Shown piece after piece: positions 1 through 13,499 of a DNA stretch of 64,000 nucleotides. The first letter of the stretch is position 1. The number at the start of each line of letters is the position of its first letter. Under the pieces are notes generated by a model that was not told where the DNA came from, ran no database searches, and saw only the letters and a program-made list of their open reading frames with translations. Source of the DNA: Vitrella brassicaformis CCMP3155 (lineage: Eukaryota; Protista; Chromerida); contig CDMY01000201.1 in the NCBI GenBank assembly GCA_001179505.1, positions 62,001 through 126,000 of the forward strand, in the 5' to 3' direction. The position numbers were made by a program, and so were the translations under genes.

Positions 1-483
1 GGAAAACAGACACTAGACATACATACATTGCCTTGATGATGTTCATGGCACGATAAGCACGCAGAGGAAGGGACACAGACAGGCAGGCAGACAGACGGGC
101 TGAAAAACGAGTTGGGTTGTAGAAGCTCTCCTCTCTCTCTCTCTCTCTCTCTCCTCTCCCTCTCCCCAGCGGCTTTCAGCAGCTAGTCCAGTCAGTGTAT
201 CTCCCGATCGCTCTCGTATAAACGACCCATACATAAGCCATAGATCGAGACATACATACATACACGATGAAACGATAGATAGAAGGATACACACATGATG
301 ATAATGATAATGATAATGGTAACGGCAATGATATAAACGTACGAAGCGCATACCGACTTACATGCAGACATACACACACACACACACACACATACACAGA
401 GCTAGACAGATATCCCCTGTTTGTTTGGTCTACGCCGACCCCAAACTCACCCCCCTCCTTTTGCTAATGAGTGAGTCCGTCAG

Positions 484-2267
484 TCACCCAATGACCCACT
501 CGCCAGATGCGGGGCTTTCCCTCCTCTCCTGACCCTCAGACGACACCACATCACACACACCCAAACCAGACCCGGTCCCCTCAACCACTCCCTGCCCCTC
601 AGGCTGCTGCTGCTGCTGCAGCTCAGGCGCAGCACTGTCGACACTACTGTGGGCCGGGGTGCTGTCAGTGTGGGAGTTGGGTTGGGGTGGCTTCGATGTG
701 CGTCGCTTCTTCTTGCCGGCCACCAGGGAGTGGTAGGGCACAAATGCCTTGGTGGCCGGATCGTAGAAACCCTTACCTACACGGCAAGGCATACAGACCA
801 ATTGTTGGGGTGGGCTGGGTGTGTGGTGGGTGGGTGGCTCACAACTTACTGTCTCTGAGTCTGAAGGACTTCTTGCGTTCGTTCGTCTGCTGTCCGTTGG
901 AGGCCTCCTTGGCCTCGACCAGCGAATCTAGCTCCTCATGCCACTTCCAACGCAACGGCGGCTCGTCCTCAGCTACCTCAACCTGACGTCACGTTCACAC
1001 ACACACACACACACACGGGCCGAAGAGTTCTTCACTCTGCTGGTGTGGTGTGGTGTGGTGTGGTGTGTTGCAGTGCTATGACTGACCGTATCGAATCCCA
1101 CCGGTCGGTACCGCTTAGGGCCGAGCGGGCCAGCCGCAGGCAGCTGCACACACGGAGGGCTGACACATACAACAAACAACACAACACACACATGCAGAAG
1201 GCCCCCCTCCTTGCCTCCCTCCCTCCCTCCCTCCCTCCCTCTCTCCCTGTCTCCCTGTCTGCGTACGGTGAGGGGTTGAGGCCGGCCATGGATCCCGCCT
1301 TCCCGCTGACCGACAGCGGTGCGGCCTCGAGTATGAAGATGTTGAGGGCCAGCTTGGTGCCCTGGGTCACCACCTCACCGGCATGCTCGGCACGCTGGTC
1401 GATGAGCCCCTCGTCAGTCACGTTGGGCCACAGCACCGCACGCCCCTCCTGGGCCGCCACCCGGACGCCCATGTCGTAGCTGCTGGGCGCCTTGACGCGC
1501 GTGAAGAAGGTCGACCCGCCCGCCATCGGACCCTTCAGATACACCAACATCGCTGCGCACATACAGACACGGAAGAAACGAACTTCCATACGTACTCTCT
1601 GTTTCCTTTCCCGTTGTCTGTCTGCCTTACTTGCGAGTCGCTTGAGTTGCAGTGCCTTCCGGCCGCAGCCCTCGAAGAAGAACTGCCCCCGCTCCTCACA
1701 CCAGGCCCCGGAGTCGTGATGCGGCCCGAAATGGTGGCCCTTGTGGTACAGGAACGGTCGGGACACCTCCAGCTGCTCCATGGGCACCCCCAGGCCGTCA
1801 GCTATGCGCGTCACCAGTGGGTCCAGCAGCTCACGGGGCGGCAGACCTCGGCAGATGAACGAAGTGCGGATGGGGTCGGCCTCCATTTTGCCGTCGCGGG
1901 CGACGGCCGCCCGCATGCTGTTGGCCTTGTTCTTGAGGTGCCCGAAGCACCACTTCTTGATGGCCTTGACCCACTCGGACGGCATGAACTCGTCCACCAC
2001 ATACACCGGCAGCTCAGTCAGACCCGACACACGCGACACCTGCCAGCCCTCAGGGAACCCCTCGACGCCGCCTGCATCCCCGTCGGCATCTGCATGGTTG
2101 GTGTTGGAAGGGGCGTTGCCGAACAGGAGCCGATGCAGCTTCTCGCAGCCGTCGAATCGTGCCCGGGCGGCGTCTGCTGCTTGTGCGGTGGACACGGTGC
2201 CGGACGATGGCTGTGGGGAGGGGCGGGAGGAGGACGGCCCGGGATCGGTGGACGCCCCGCCGGGCAT
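484..2267 (-). CDS. Prolyl 4-hydroxylase alpha-like 2OG-Fe(II) oxygenase with C-terminal low-complexity extension (spliced, about 5 exons)
   Basis: HxD motif (FGPHHDS). After removing a GT-AG intron (about 1557-1628) the sequence reads RLATMLVYL, then GGSTFF, GRAVLWPN, distal His (AEHAGEVV) and the 2OG-binding Lys (GTKLALNIFI). Further in-phase exons at about 1140-1086, 982-851 and 775-484. The 3' end is less certain. Confidence 0.82.
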
Positions 2268-2616
2268 CTCAGATCTCCTCTGAGAGCGATGAATGCAGCA
2301 GAACTAGGACATCGTCAGACTGTCAGAGGGCGTCGGGGGAGGTCTACATGCAAGAAGGGCAGCGAAGCGATGGATGCTGCCGAGGAGAAGAGACCCAGAT
2401 AGAGCCACTGCGGCCTCAAACACAAGAGAAAAGGCGGCAGGCGATCCAACTGGGCGAGCTCAAAAGGGCATGAGCTGAGAAACTGCGACCACAGGCGAAG
2501 CGCGAAGAATCAGGGACTGTGAACAAGGGAGAAGGTCAGATAGGAAAGCGCTGGTGCCCCTTTCCATCCATACATCCATCGACTCATCTGAGGCTGTCAA
2601 GTCAAGGGGGATCAAG

Positions 2617-5600
2617 ATGCGCAAGAAGGTGGATAACCGGATCCGTGTGCTAGTGGAGAACTGCGTGCACTCTCGGCAGCGCGCCATGTTTGTGGTGGTT
2701 GGCGACAGGGGGAGGGACCAGGTGGTGAACTTCCACTACATGCTGACCAAGCTGACGAGCAGGAAGCCGACGGTGCTGTGGTGCTACAAGAAGGAACTCG
2801 GGTTCAGCTCTCATCGAAGGAAACGCATGAAGCAGATCAAAAAGAAGATACAGAAAGGTAGGTACCTAGGTACCGTCGCTCGGGTCAGGTGGGATGGATG
2901 CATATGTGTGTGTGTGTGTGTGTGTGTGCTGTGCGTGTCTGCATTAATACAGGCCAGTATGACCCGAACATCGACGACCCGTTTGAGCTGTTTGTGTCGT
3001 CGACGTCCATCCGCTATTGCTACTACAAGGAGAGCCACCTCATCCTCGGGCAGACCTTCGGCATGTGCGTACTGCAGGTATGTGCACCGCTCACACACAC
3101 ACGGACACACCACGCCACACACTTCGCCCACCTGAGGCCATCTGTTCCACTCGTCAGGATTTTGAGGCGCTATCGCCGAATTTGCTGTGTCGGACGATCG
3201 AGACCGTGGAAGGTGGTGGGATGATTCTCATCCTGCTCCGTACGATGGCCTCGCTCAAGCAGCTGTATGCACTCACCATGGACGTCCACTCGCGGTTTAC
3301 CGACAGCGCCTCGAGGCTGGAGAGCAGAGTCAAACCGAGATTCAACGAACGATTCATTCTCTCACTCGGTGGGTGGGTGGGCTGCCAGGCTAACACATAC
3401 TCACACCCACACACGCACGGATGTCTGTCTGTCTGTCTGGCTGGCTGGCTGTCTGTCTGTCTGTTCCTGATCGGTCAGGCGACTGCCCCAACTGTTTGGT
3501 GACCGATGACGAGCTCAACGTCCTGCCCCTCTCCCAAAACACCCTGCGGATCCTACCCTTGGACACCAGACACAGCAAGCGCCACCAAGACACCGACATC
3601 CTCGACGTCAAGAAGGGCCCGCCCATCTCCCAGGAGCTGCAGGAGCTCCGGGCGACCTTCGCCGACACACCACCATTAGGTCCCATCATTGGCCTCACCG
3701 TGACGGTAGACCAGGCCAAGGCCGTCATGACCGTGACGGACGCCATTGCCGAGAAGTTGCTGAGGACTACCGTGGCCATCACTGCGGCCAGGGGGCGGGG
3801 CAAGAGCGCGGCGCTAGGTTTGTGTGTGGCTGCTGCCGTGGCCTACTCGTATTCCAACATATTCGTGACGGCCCCCGCGCCAGAGAATGTCGGCACAGTC
3901 TTCGAATTCATACAAAAGGTGGGTGGGTGACCAAGAACAGAGGAAGAGACGCAAAGCACACGTGTCAAGTCGAGAGAGAACGGCGCAGACGGTTTTGTTC
4001 TTTCTGTGTGCTAGGGGTTTGAGGCTCTGGGGATGAAGGAACACACGGATTTCGAGCTTTTGAAAGGCACCAGTGCTGAGCTCAACAACCAGCTGGTCCG
4101 CATCAACGTCTTCAGGTCAGCCGAACCACACACAGATGGATGGATGGATGGATGGTTGGATGGATGCTGTGTGCTGTGCATGGGGTGTAGGGATCACCGT
4201 CAGACGATTCAGTACATCAGCCCCACCGACTACCAGTACCTCGCACAGGCTGAGCTCTTGGTCATCGACGAGGCGGCCGCCATCCCGCTGCCCCTCGTCA
4301 AGAGACTCATGGGGCCGTACATGGTGCTGATGTCGTCGACCATCAACGGCTACGAGGGCACCGGCCGGTCCCTCTCCCTCAAGCTGATAGAGGAGCTCAA
4401 ACACCCCAAGAAACACAAGAAGCCCCAGGGGCAGCTTGACGCCGCCATGGCCGCGCAGGACCGAGTGCTCAAGGAGGTCTCGCTGCAGGTCAGGGAGGGA
4501 GAGGGAGGGAGGTGCACAGGCATCCCGTCGGCAATTGTGTGCGTGTTGTGTGTGTGTGTGTGTGTGTATGTATGTGTGCTTTCAGGAGCCCATTCGTTAC
4601 GCGCCAGGCGACCCGACAGAGAAGTGGCTCAACGACCTGCTCTGCCTCGACGCCACCAACCCGACACCGCTCAAAAGCAACGTAGGATCTCCATACCACT
4701 TGATGGATGGGCAAGGACGGAAACACTGGACTGTCTGTCTGTTTTCTCTCCCTGCCCTGCCAGGAGCGTTTGCCCCCTCCGTCCGAGTGTGAGCTCTACA
4801 TGGTCGACCGCGACGCCCTCTTCTCCTACCACAAGGCGTCGGAGCGTTTCCTGCACAGCCTCACCTCCCTGTTCGTGTCGTCGCACTACAAAAACACTCC
4901 CAACGACCTGCTGATGATGGCCGACGCCCCACACCACTCCCTCTTCGTGCTGCTGCCGCGGCTGGCCGAGGACGCCACAGCGCTGCCCGACGTCCTGGTG
5001 GCCATCCAGTGTGCTGTGGAGGGCAAGCTTAGCCTCGATGCCGTCCAGGAAGCGCTCGGGAGAGGGCTCAAGCCTGCCGGTGGGTCCATGGGTGGTCGGG
5101 TGGGGGGAGGCGAGTGGAGACGGCCAAGTGGATGTGGTATGTGTTGTCTGTATGTTGTCTGGTGGTGCAGGCGACCTGCTTCCGTGGACGTTGGCGCAGC
5201 ACTTTGTGGACGAGGACATCGGGGCACTCACCGGGGTCAGAAAACACGGCAGGAAACGCACCACGTGTGTGTCATTTCTTCTGTCCTTCTCAGGTGCGCG
5301 TCGTGCGGATCGCCACCCATCCCTCCCTCCAGCGCATGGGCTACGGATCATTCGCTCTCTCGAGGCTCATCGAGTTCTTCGAGCGGAAACTGTTGTCCTT
5401 CGACGAGCCCACCGGGCCATCAGCTGCTGAGGCGGCGGCTGCTGTGGACGACGCGCAGATGGATGACAGGAACGAGGATGACGATGAGAGTGCGGACGAG
5501 GATGAGCAACAAGACGAGGCGGGAGAAGGAGATGAGGAAGAGGCAATGGCACAAGCCAACGGCCCTGCATCGAGCAGCAGCGACGCCCTCCACCCCCCAC

Positions 5601-7258
5601 AACCGCCGTCCGAGCTGCAGACAGAGCAGCTCAGGGCCCGCAAGACCCCACCCCTGCTCACTCCCGTCACTGAGGCCGCTCTCCCAGTGGCCCCCGACTA
5701 CCTCGGCACCTCCTTCGGGCTCACTCTGGAGCTCTTCAACTTCTGGCGCCGCCGGCAGTTCCAGCCGGTCTACCTCCGACAAGTGCCCAACGAGATCACG
5801 GGGGAGCACTCGGTCATCATGCTGCGACCCGTCAAGGCGCATGGTGGTGATGCTGAGGCCTTCCGGTGGCTGACGGGGTTTGTGGACGACTTCAGAGGGA
5901 GGTTCCTCAACTTGTTGGGAGGGCCGTTCGCCCACCTGCCCATATCGCTGTCCCTGTCGGTGCTCGACCCGCCCGTCACCAAGGCGCAGCAAAGCGATGT
6001 GGCGGCAGACGAGGACACGCACGAGAGAAGCGGCTTTGGCCTGCCGTCCGTCACTGCCAAGACGGTAAGACGGTGGGTGGTGGGGGCAGGCAGGCAGGCG
6101 ACATCGGTGTGTGTGTATTCCCTGTCTGTGTGTCGGTCTATCTGTCTGTCAGCTTGGTCAGTTCTTGACGAGCCACGACCTGCTGAGGCTGCGCAAGTAC
6201 GGGCAGCAGCTGGCCGACCTGACGCTCATCCAGGATCTGCTGCTGCCTGTTTGCTGGCTCCTCTTCAATGAACGGTCAGACAAAGACAGGCGCACGTCGC
6301 CAGATCCATCTGTATGTGTGTGTGTGTGTGTGCGGATCAGGTTGCCTGGCCTGACAATGTCGTATCTCCAGTGTGCGATCCTCATGGCGCTCGGTTGTCA
6401 ACGAAAAACAAGTAATGCAATCTGTGAGGCAGACAGGCAGGCAGGAAGGCTCAACGGGGGCAGGCCACACCATCCACCGATGGTTCTGATGTCCTTCGCA
6501 GTGTCATCTGTATGCGGCGAGTTCAATCTGCCCATCAACCAGGCGTCAGCCCTCCTCAACAAAGCCATACACAAGCTCTCAACTTACCTCAACGTGAGCA
6601 GCCCAGCCCAACCACCCATAAGCCTTCCCCTGTCCCCCATCCATCCATCCATCCATCCATCCACTGACTGCAGGGTCTACTCGAGCGTGAGGCGGAGAGC
6701 GAGGTCGACGCTGAGATGGGTGCCAGCCACCCGATGATGAGGGGGCCGTCGGCCGGGCCAGTGGGTGGCGGCGAGCTGCCCTCCAAAAGTTTTGAGGACG
6801 AGCTGGAGGAGAGCGCCGCGCCTGTGCGCGAGGAGCTGAGGCTTAAACGCGAGAAGCTCATGGAGGACCTTCGCAATGAGGGGCTCCTGCAGGTGGGTAC
6901 CTAGGGATGGGTGGTCGGGTGTGGCGTACATGGCGCGTCGTGTTGCTGGTTGTTTGTTGTTGGTGCAGAAGTTCTCCCTTGACGGTGTCGACATCGATGA
7001 GTTCCGACGGACGAGCAAGGGACACACGCCCAAAGGTGAGTGACAACGCAGCGCCAATTGAATTGCCAGGACAAACAGGCAGTAGATACGCACCTTTCCT
7101 TGTTGCCGGCCTGGCCTGCAGGTGTGGTGTCCTTGAAACGTGCAAGATCTCCTGATGCGGTGGCTGACCTGTCGCTGGTGCAGCAGCAGCGGCAGAAGGC
7201 GGCCGCCGCACACAAGGGGGGCGACAAGAAGAAAAAGAAACAGAAGGCACACCACTAA
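2617..7258 (+). CDS. NAT10: RNA cytidine acetyltransferase NAT10/Kre33 (multi-exon)
   Basis: Begins MRKKVDNRIRVLVEN..RAMFVVVGDRGRDQVVNFHYML. Helicase motifs TAARGRGKSAALG and ELLVIDEAAAIPLP, SSTINGYEGTGRSLSLKL, LFVSSHYKNTPNDL, GNAT motif RVVRIATHPSLQRMGYGS, and a Lys-rich C-terminus ending TAA at 7256-7258. Confidence 0.97.
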
Positions 7259-7453
7259 GGCTAGCAGACAGACGAGAACCAGGAGACGAAAGAGCGTCGG
7301 GAGGGAGGGCGATTTGGCGTTGCCTGTCTCACTGTCCCGACACTGACATGTGACGCTTGTCGGCCGTGCTGCACGTTTTCATCAAAGTATTCGCGTCGAT
7401 CTCAACTCTGCCGCGCAAGCGGCCGAGATCGTTCCGTTTACGAACAGGACAAG

Positions 7454-7954
7454 ATGACGTCGGACGCCGCGACTGTGGAGACCATCGAGAAGCTCATCTT
7501 GGCGCTCGATGCCGTCAACGAGGCGGCAGACAGCAGCAGCAGCAGCAGCAGCACCGACTCGAAGCAGAAAGCCGAAGCTAAACTCAAGGCTTGCCGGTGA
7601 CCAATGGGAGGACAGATCTCTGTCAACCAGCGCATCGGACGGATGGCCCGGGCCTCCATTTATGTGTGCAGTGGTCAGGTGAAGGAGGAGATCCGGCAGA
7701 TAGAGTCCACCCTGCCCATGCTCAAGGCCAAACACGAGGGGCTGCACAAACACCTCCAGAGTACGAGGGATGGATGGGGCGGTGCCACTTATCGACCATG
7801 GATGGATGACGTGCTGGTGATTTGAATGTGTGTGTGGGCAGATGACGTGTTTGGGGAGTGTTCGCTGGAGGAGATCATCTCTCTGTTTGCGCAGATCAGA
7901 CAGGCCATCGCGGGCAGCGCGTCGGGGGAGAGGGAGGGAAACACAGGACAGTAG
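7454..7954 (+). CDS. Small hypothetical helical protein (about 115 aa, 3 exons)
   Basis: MTSDAATVETIEKLILALDAVNEA..KLKAC / RGQVKEEIRQIESTLPMLKAKHEGLHKHLQ / NDVFGECSLEEIISLFAQIRQAIAG..TAG. Two GT-AG introns join in consistent phase. No family recognised. Confidence 0.6.
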
Positions 7955-8216
7955 CACAGAGTAGAGTAGGGGGGTTTTGTAATGGGTGAGTGGACATGTT
8001 GCAAGACGCGTCGTCTTCGACACATACATTCATGTGCCCCTTTGAGAGCCACACAAGCACGATCTCTGTGTGAGTGCTACACCACACATAGACAGCCAGA
8101 CATTCCGTCAACTCATCCATTCATCATTGCTCCATGACCCCGCCAAAATTGCTCAGCTTCGCGTATGTCTTCTCTGTCGCGTTGCAATGACCGAGAAAAG
8201 AGGATAAACAAGCCGT

Positions 8217-10782
8217 TCAGATATAAAATGTAGGCAGCGATCTGCTGCAGGCAGAGACAGGCACGGTGACACAGAAACACACACTACGAGCGCTCTCTCC
8301 TCTCTGCAATGCTCTCAACTCGGATGTCATTGGCAGCAACGCGACCAATGACATCCACGCCGGCCGCGTAGCCCCGTCGACATCCGGCTCCCCCGTGCCC
8401 GTCAGGCTGTTGTCGACCCCTATGGTCATCCTCCTGAACACACAGCAGCACAGGCAACAGAACAAAAAGCATCAACAGGCAGGCAGGCAGGCCGGCCGGG
8501 AGCAGGCAGTCCTTGCTGACCCTTCCATAGGTAGGGGGGAAATCGTGTGGGGTGAAGAAGATGAACCATTGCTCACGCGGAGGGGGCCGAGACTGCAATG
8601 AATGACGCACACCAAGACACACACACAGAAAGGTGAGATCTTCCACTGCAGCAGCGGATGGTCTTACCTTTGAGGATAGGCGTGGGATGACCGCCTGTGG
8701 GCGGATGTAACGCGACTCGCACCATTCAGACACCATCCGGGTGCTCCTCCACCGCACACGCACACGCAGTGCATTGGTGCCCACCACCGCACAGTCTGAC
8801 CGGACAAATATACACACACACACACACACATACACACCGGCTTTTGGACATATGTGTGTCTGAGTATTGTGTCTTGTGGCTGGTTGCTCACGGACCGTTG
8901 ATTCTGCTCCTCTCGGCCCCTTGTCCCCGCCACAAGGAAAGGATGCGCAGCATCAGCGTCGGTTTGCCGATGCTCCGGGCGATGTTGCCGGCCACCTTGG
9001 GGGGTGCTTTCTAGACAGACACACATTCCACCACGTCACTAGCCCCATTCCTCCCGCTCAGCCATGTACCAGCGACCCTGGCAGCGGTCTCCTTCCACGC
9101 TAGCGGCACCAACGTCGCCCTGTCGGCACCCGTCACGATTTGGCAACCGGACCACCAGAGGATCCTCCTTGGAGTCACCCATTCCGAGTCGCGTATTGGT
9201 GTGCCATCCTGAGCGACCAATACGAGGTCTTGCGCCTTCCAGAAGTCACCAAAATCAACCTGCTCTCTGAACCGCTGAAAGACGCCCATTGCTTGAGAGC
9301 TGTCGGCAGCCGCGACGACTTGCTGCTTGAAGTTGATGAGCAGCTGCGTATCTGTCAGCCAGCCAGCGCATCGTTGTTATGTTGTGCTGTGCTGTGGTCC
9401 TGGACTAGTTACCTCTGTGTGGTCCAGAGAGAGGAACACGGTGTCGGCTTCTGCGTCGGTGGGGAGACGGGGCACTGGCCTGCGTGGTGGCCTGCGTGAG
9501 GGAAGGAGTGGGCCCACAGCTGCACAACATGCAAATGTCACACGTCCTTGCCCACCTGCTCCTGTTCCTGTCGTCGTCATCGCAGGGGGGCCGGGTGACC
9601 CTGAATGAACAACCACCCACACACACACGACTGCGAGTCGTCGGTCCGCCGGCTGAGCTGGTGCGACTTACCGATAGCCTCAGCTGATGGGCCTGGTAGC
9701 GTGCTCCATTCTGGGTGTGTGGTCGACAATGCCGCAGCATCAGCTGACAGGACAAAACGCATCCAGCAGAATGAATGTGGATGCCATGATCTGTCTGCCT
9801 CTCTTCAGACGCACCGCAGAATGGGTCATCCCTCTCAAACAGCACCAAACTCAGTGAACCAGCAGCAGCAGCTGGAGGACAAACAAGACGGCACAGAGCA
9901 GCAGGTCAGGTGGAGAGGGGACTGGGGGAGGTGTGGACTCGGGATGGGCCGGGCTGAACGGCAGGTGGTTCGGGTGACGGGTAGGGATACGGCACGCCGT
10001 GGCTCGCTAGTAGTAAGCGTGCTGCCTCCCGTGTCTGTCGGTCCACACCACCACTGCTGCCGGCGGCACATGCCAAACCACCTGAAGAATCCGGCACCCA
10101 CCCTTGCCGTCCAGCAGCTTGGTGACGGTCTCGACGTGGTAGCCAATCTGCTGTTGTGGGGCAGCCGGGGCAGCAGCGGGCGATGTGGGTGTGGGCGAGA
10201 GGGAGCTGCTGCTGCCGCCATCGATGCTGCTGGTGGTGGTGGTGATGATGATGATGACGCTGGCGGGTGGCTCTCGATCTTTTTCTGGACGTAACGAAGG
10301 TCCCGAATGGCCTGATCCACATTCACACGTTGTGAGGCATTACTTGACATACATACGTACGCATGGAAGTCATTCTCACCTTCTTGATCATCAGCTCCGG
10401 CTTTCGCTTTGGTACCAGCTCCATTATCTTCTCCACACCTTCAGCAGCCGACGATCCACATCCTGCCTCTTGGCGAAGCCCAGAAGGGCCTTCGCCGCTC
10501 ACCACACGTCTCGGTTTCCGTCGAGAAATGCAGGGCCCTGAGACGGACGCACAAAGCGAACAGGCAGACGCATCATGCGAACATTCATTCATTGTATTCA
10601 CCTCGTCGGCTGGATTCTTGGAAAGGGTACGAGCCGCCCTCGTCGGAAAACGGGGTCGGCCTGACCCGATCCAGGTCGATTAGGACTGCCTCGCTCCCGC
10701 CGCCGCCCTTCGACCGAATGCCTATGTTCGGCTCCTGTGAATATGTCAAGATATGGCACACACGCACACACATAAAGACGCG

Positions 10783-10813
<31 letters not shown>

Positions 10814-11956
10814 AGAGAGAGAGAGAGAGTGAGGTTTGGAAGGTAAGCTCATCCCATCCCATCCCATCCCATGCGGCCCTTCAAGTAGTCCTTACATGGA
10901 TATCGCCGTGGATCAGGCTGGGCCTCAACCTGTCGAAATGCAGGAGGGCCTCAAACACCCCACAGCAGATATCCACCACCGTCGCCATCGGCTGCTTCTC
11001 CTCGAGCTGGTTGAGTGTACCTGCACGGCGTCGCACGTAGTGTGAATCTACGTGTGAGATGTTGTGTGCCAGTACGTGCCTCCATGTGTTTGTCTGTCTG
11101 TCTGTCTTTCGGTTGGCTTACCGGCCAGCCATTCCATCTTGTAGGCCTTGATCTGCAGTGCAGCCCTCCCGTCCCCTCAATACGGTAGATGTCCTTGCAT
11201 GTGATGACGTTGGGGTGGGGGGTGCCCGCCCAGCCGTCAAAACCCGTCCAGAGATAGCCATCGTCCTCCTACATATATGCGTACATGCAGGCAGTCAGAC
11301 AGTCAGAGAGACAGTCAGACACAGATAGACCAAAGCTCCACGCGTCCGTGGACCTGTAGGGCACAGTCGTGCTGGTCTGAACGACACCACAGACAGATGC
11401 ACGTGGATGTCTGCGTGTGTCGGTACCTGGATAGAGGACCTTGACCGTTCACTTGTTGCCCGCTCCATCTTCCACGGGCAGCACCGCCCGAAGACGGCCC
11501 GTCAGCGGCCGCTCCTCGTTCTCGTCCCACATCTGCCCCTTCTTCTCCTCAAGCCACTCCTGCGAACCATTCTTGATTCACTTATCGCCCTTTCCTTTCC
11601 TCCTTGTTTGCTGACCAGGGGCGTCGTGATCACTTGCCTTCCTCTTCCGCTAGAAGACCAACTGCACAAAGCAATGAAAGTGAATGGGTGCTGGGAAATG
11701 ACACGCCTGTAGAAATCTGGTCATTTCCCAAGCAGCTGCCGAGTAGGACGCCTCCCCCGAACACACTCTCGGCCACGAAATGGACGACAGGGAAGAGAAT
11801 CCCGGAGAGAAGACAGAGAGCGGCTGAAATCGAAAAGACCGCTGAAACACACACACACACTCGCACGCACGCCATGGTCGCTTGTCTGGCTTGGGTCTGG
11901 CTGCTCAGCGTCTGACGGTCACGAGACAGCCCTGAGGTACTCATCATGGGCTTCAT
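8217..11956 (-). pseudogene. Disabled gene for a signal-peptide-bearing atypical protein kinase with a long C-terminal extension
   Basis: Spliced N-terminus MKPMMTVFSISAALCLLSGILFPVVHFVAES. Kinase subdomains recognisable in order: TVKVLYP, HPNVITCKDIY, YKMEWLAG, LIHGDIH, AVLIDLD, RDVW*. In-frame TGA at 11449-11451 and 10499-10501. Frame changes are required near 11165, 10635 and 10440. The downstream extent to about 8220 is tentative. Confidence 0.72.
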
Positions 11957-13499
11957 CGTGGGAGCGTTGGTGCTCGTCACCCCTACAATTTGCAAGGGAA
12001 ACTGATACACATCCATCCAATTGTCTGTCCCAGTTGCCAGAGTGAACGGCGCGTCGCACTTGGTCACCTTTGCCGGTCAAAATGAGATGCTGAGAGGTCT
12101 GGACTGGCAGGGGTGTGGCGTGGCGGGAGAAGAGGCGATGGGTGACGCCAGCGGCGTATCGTTGCCTACATTTTATATCGGGGCTGAAGAACCAATGAGA
12201 GAGAGAGGAGGGCCACGACGACCGTGAGAGAGCGGCAAGCATCCTTGCTCGGAGGGTGAGTCGAGAGTGTGCGGGTAGCGCGCGCGGGAGTTTGCGGGTG
12301 CGGAGGCGTGCGGGAACAAGGGTGTCACAGGGAAGGCAGGAAATGCGCCGTCCAGCGACTAAATTCTTCCAAAAGACCCGTCTCCTGGCGGCGAGAAATT
12401 CAATTCGTAGACTACCCGTCTCGCGGCGAGAATTATCGCGGGACTTTCATGAACTTCATGGGTTTGATATCTCACCGTGTGTCAGGCAAAATCGTCAGAG
12501 TAGTCCCCCGAGTCTGCCACGAATTCACCCGTCCCTCCCTCTCCTCTTCACTCACACATGTCATGCCGAATCCTGCTGTTGCGGGACTCGTCAATGTTTG
12601 TACGAATGGATATGAGACTGGCAGTAGGTAGGTACATGCAGTGCACCCATGGATGTGGCATAAGCGAGAGAGACATACCGTGTAGTTACATGCAATGAAT
12701 GGATGGGCGAGCCCACTCGTCAATGGCCCTTTTGCATTGACGCTCGCCTCTTCCCTGGCTGACTGTCATGACCCACTCACCTCACCCCAGCCCATGCACC
12801 CACCCTTTGGCAATACCGTTCACGACCACAGATAGGACGACACGGCACCAGCATCCCGTCCACTCCACCCACGTCTGTCTTGGCGTGGCCGGCTGGCTGC
12901 CTAGGTCTATACAGTCAGAGAAAAAGAGACACCATCCCTACCCCCAAGTCAGTCAGTGACATCCATTGCGGCTTAGCTAGGTAGTCAGAGAGAGAGAAAG
13001 AGAGAGAGAGAGAGAAATAGACAGACAGAAGGAGCAACAAGACTGCAGCGCATAGCCAATGGACGGCGGCCGGTGTCATGAGTGACACGTCCAAGGGGCA
13101 GCCGAACGGTGGCTCGACGAAGGAAATGGGCACCCTCGTCGAGCTACCTTCGACCTTCCTCTCCCACGTGTGCACACACGACGCTGTCCGCCCGCCCGCC
13201 CGCCCGTCAGTGTGGATAAAATGTCTGCATGTACGTATCAGTTCACGCATCGCATCCACCCACTCACTTGACACCTCACAGCCACCCATACATACCATAC
13301 ACACACACTGCCCTCGGGCACACACGCACGCAATAATTCAAAAACACAGACAGACAGACAGACAGACAGAAGAGCTCCTCACGCACGCGTTTGTTCAGTG
13401 GTGAGTGAGTGAAGCCTTGTCGACGCAGCCATCCATCCATCCATCATCTTCTTCCTCCGCCGCAAACACTCGCTGCACAAGCTCTATCTACCAGCTCTG

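Noticed and set aside
7588-7671. Possible GC-AG intron in the small gene
   Set aside because: A canonical GT-AG pair (CCG/GTGACC ... GTGCAG/TGG) gives an in-frame join.
11449-11451. In-frame TGA in the kinase gene as selenocysteine or programmed readthrough
   Set aside because: The position is not a Cys-equivalent site, a second TGA and several frameshifts occur in the same gene, and I saw no SECIS-like element. Pseudogenisation is simpler.
13078-13404. Possible small spliced gene starting MSDTSKGQPNGGSTKEMG
   Set aside because: Plausible splice sites exist, but it is short, has no recognisable motif and sits in repeat-rich sequence. Not enough support.
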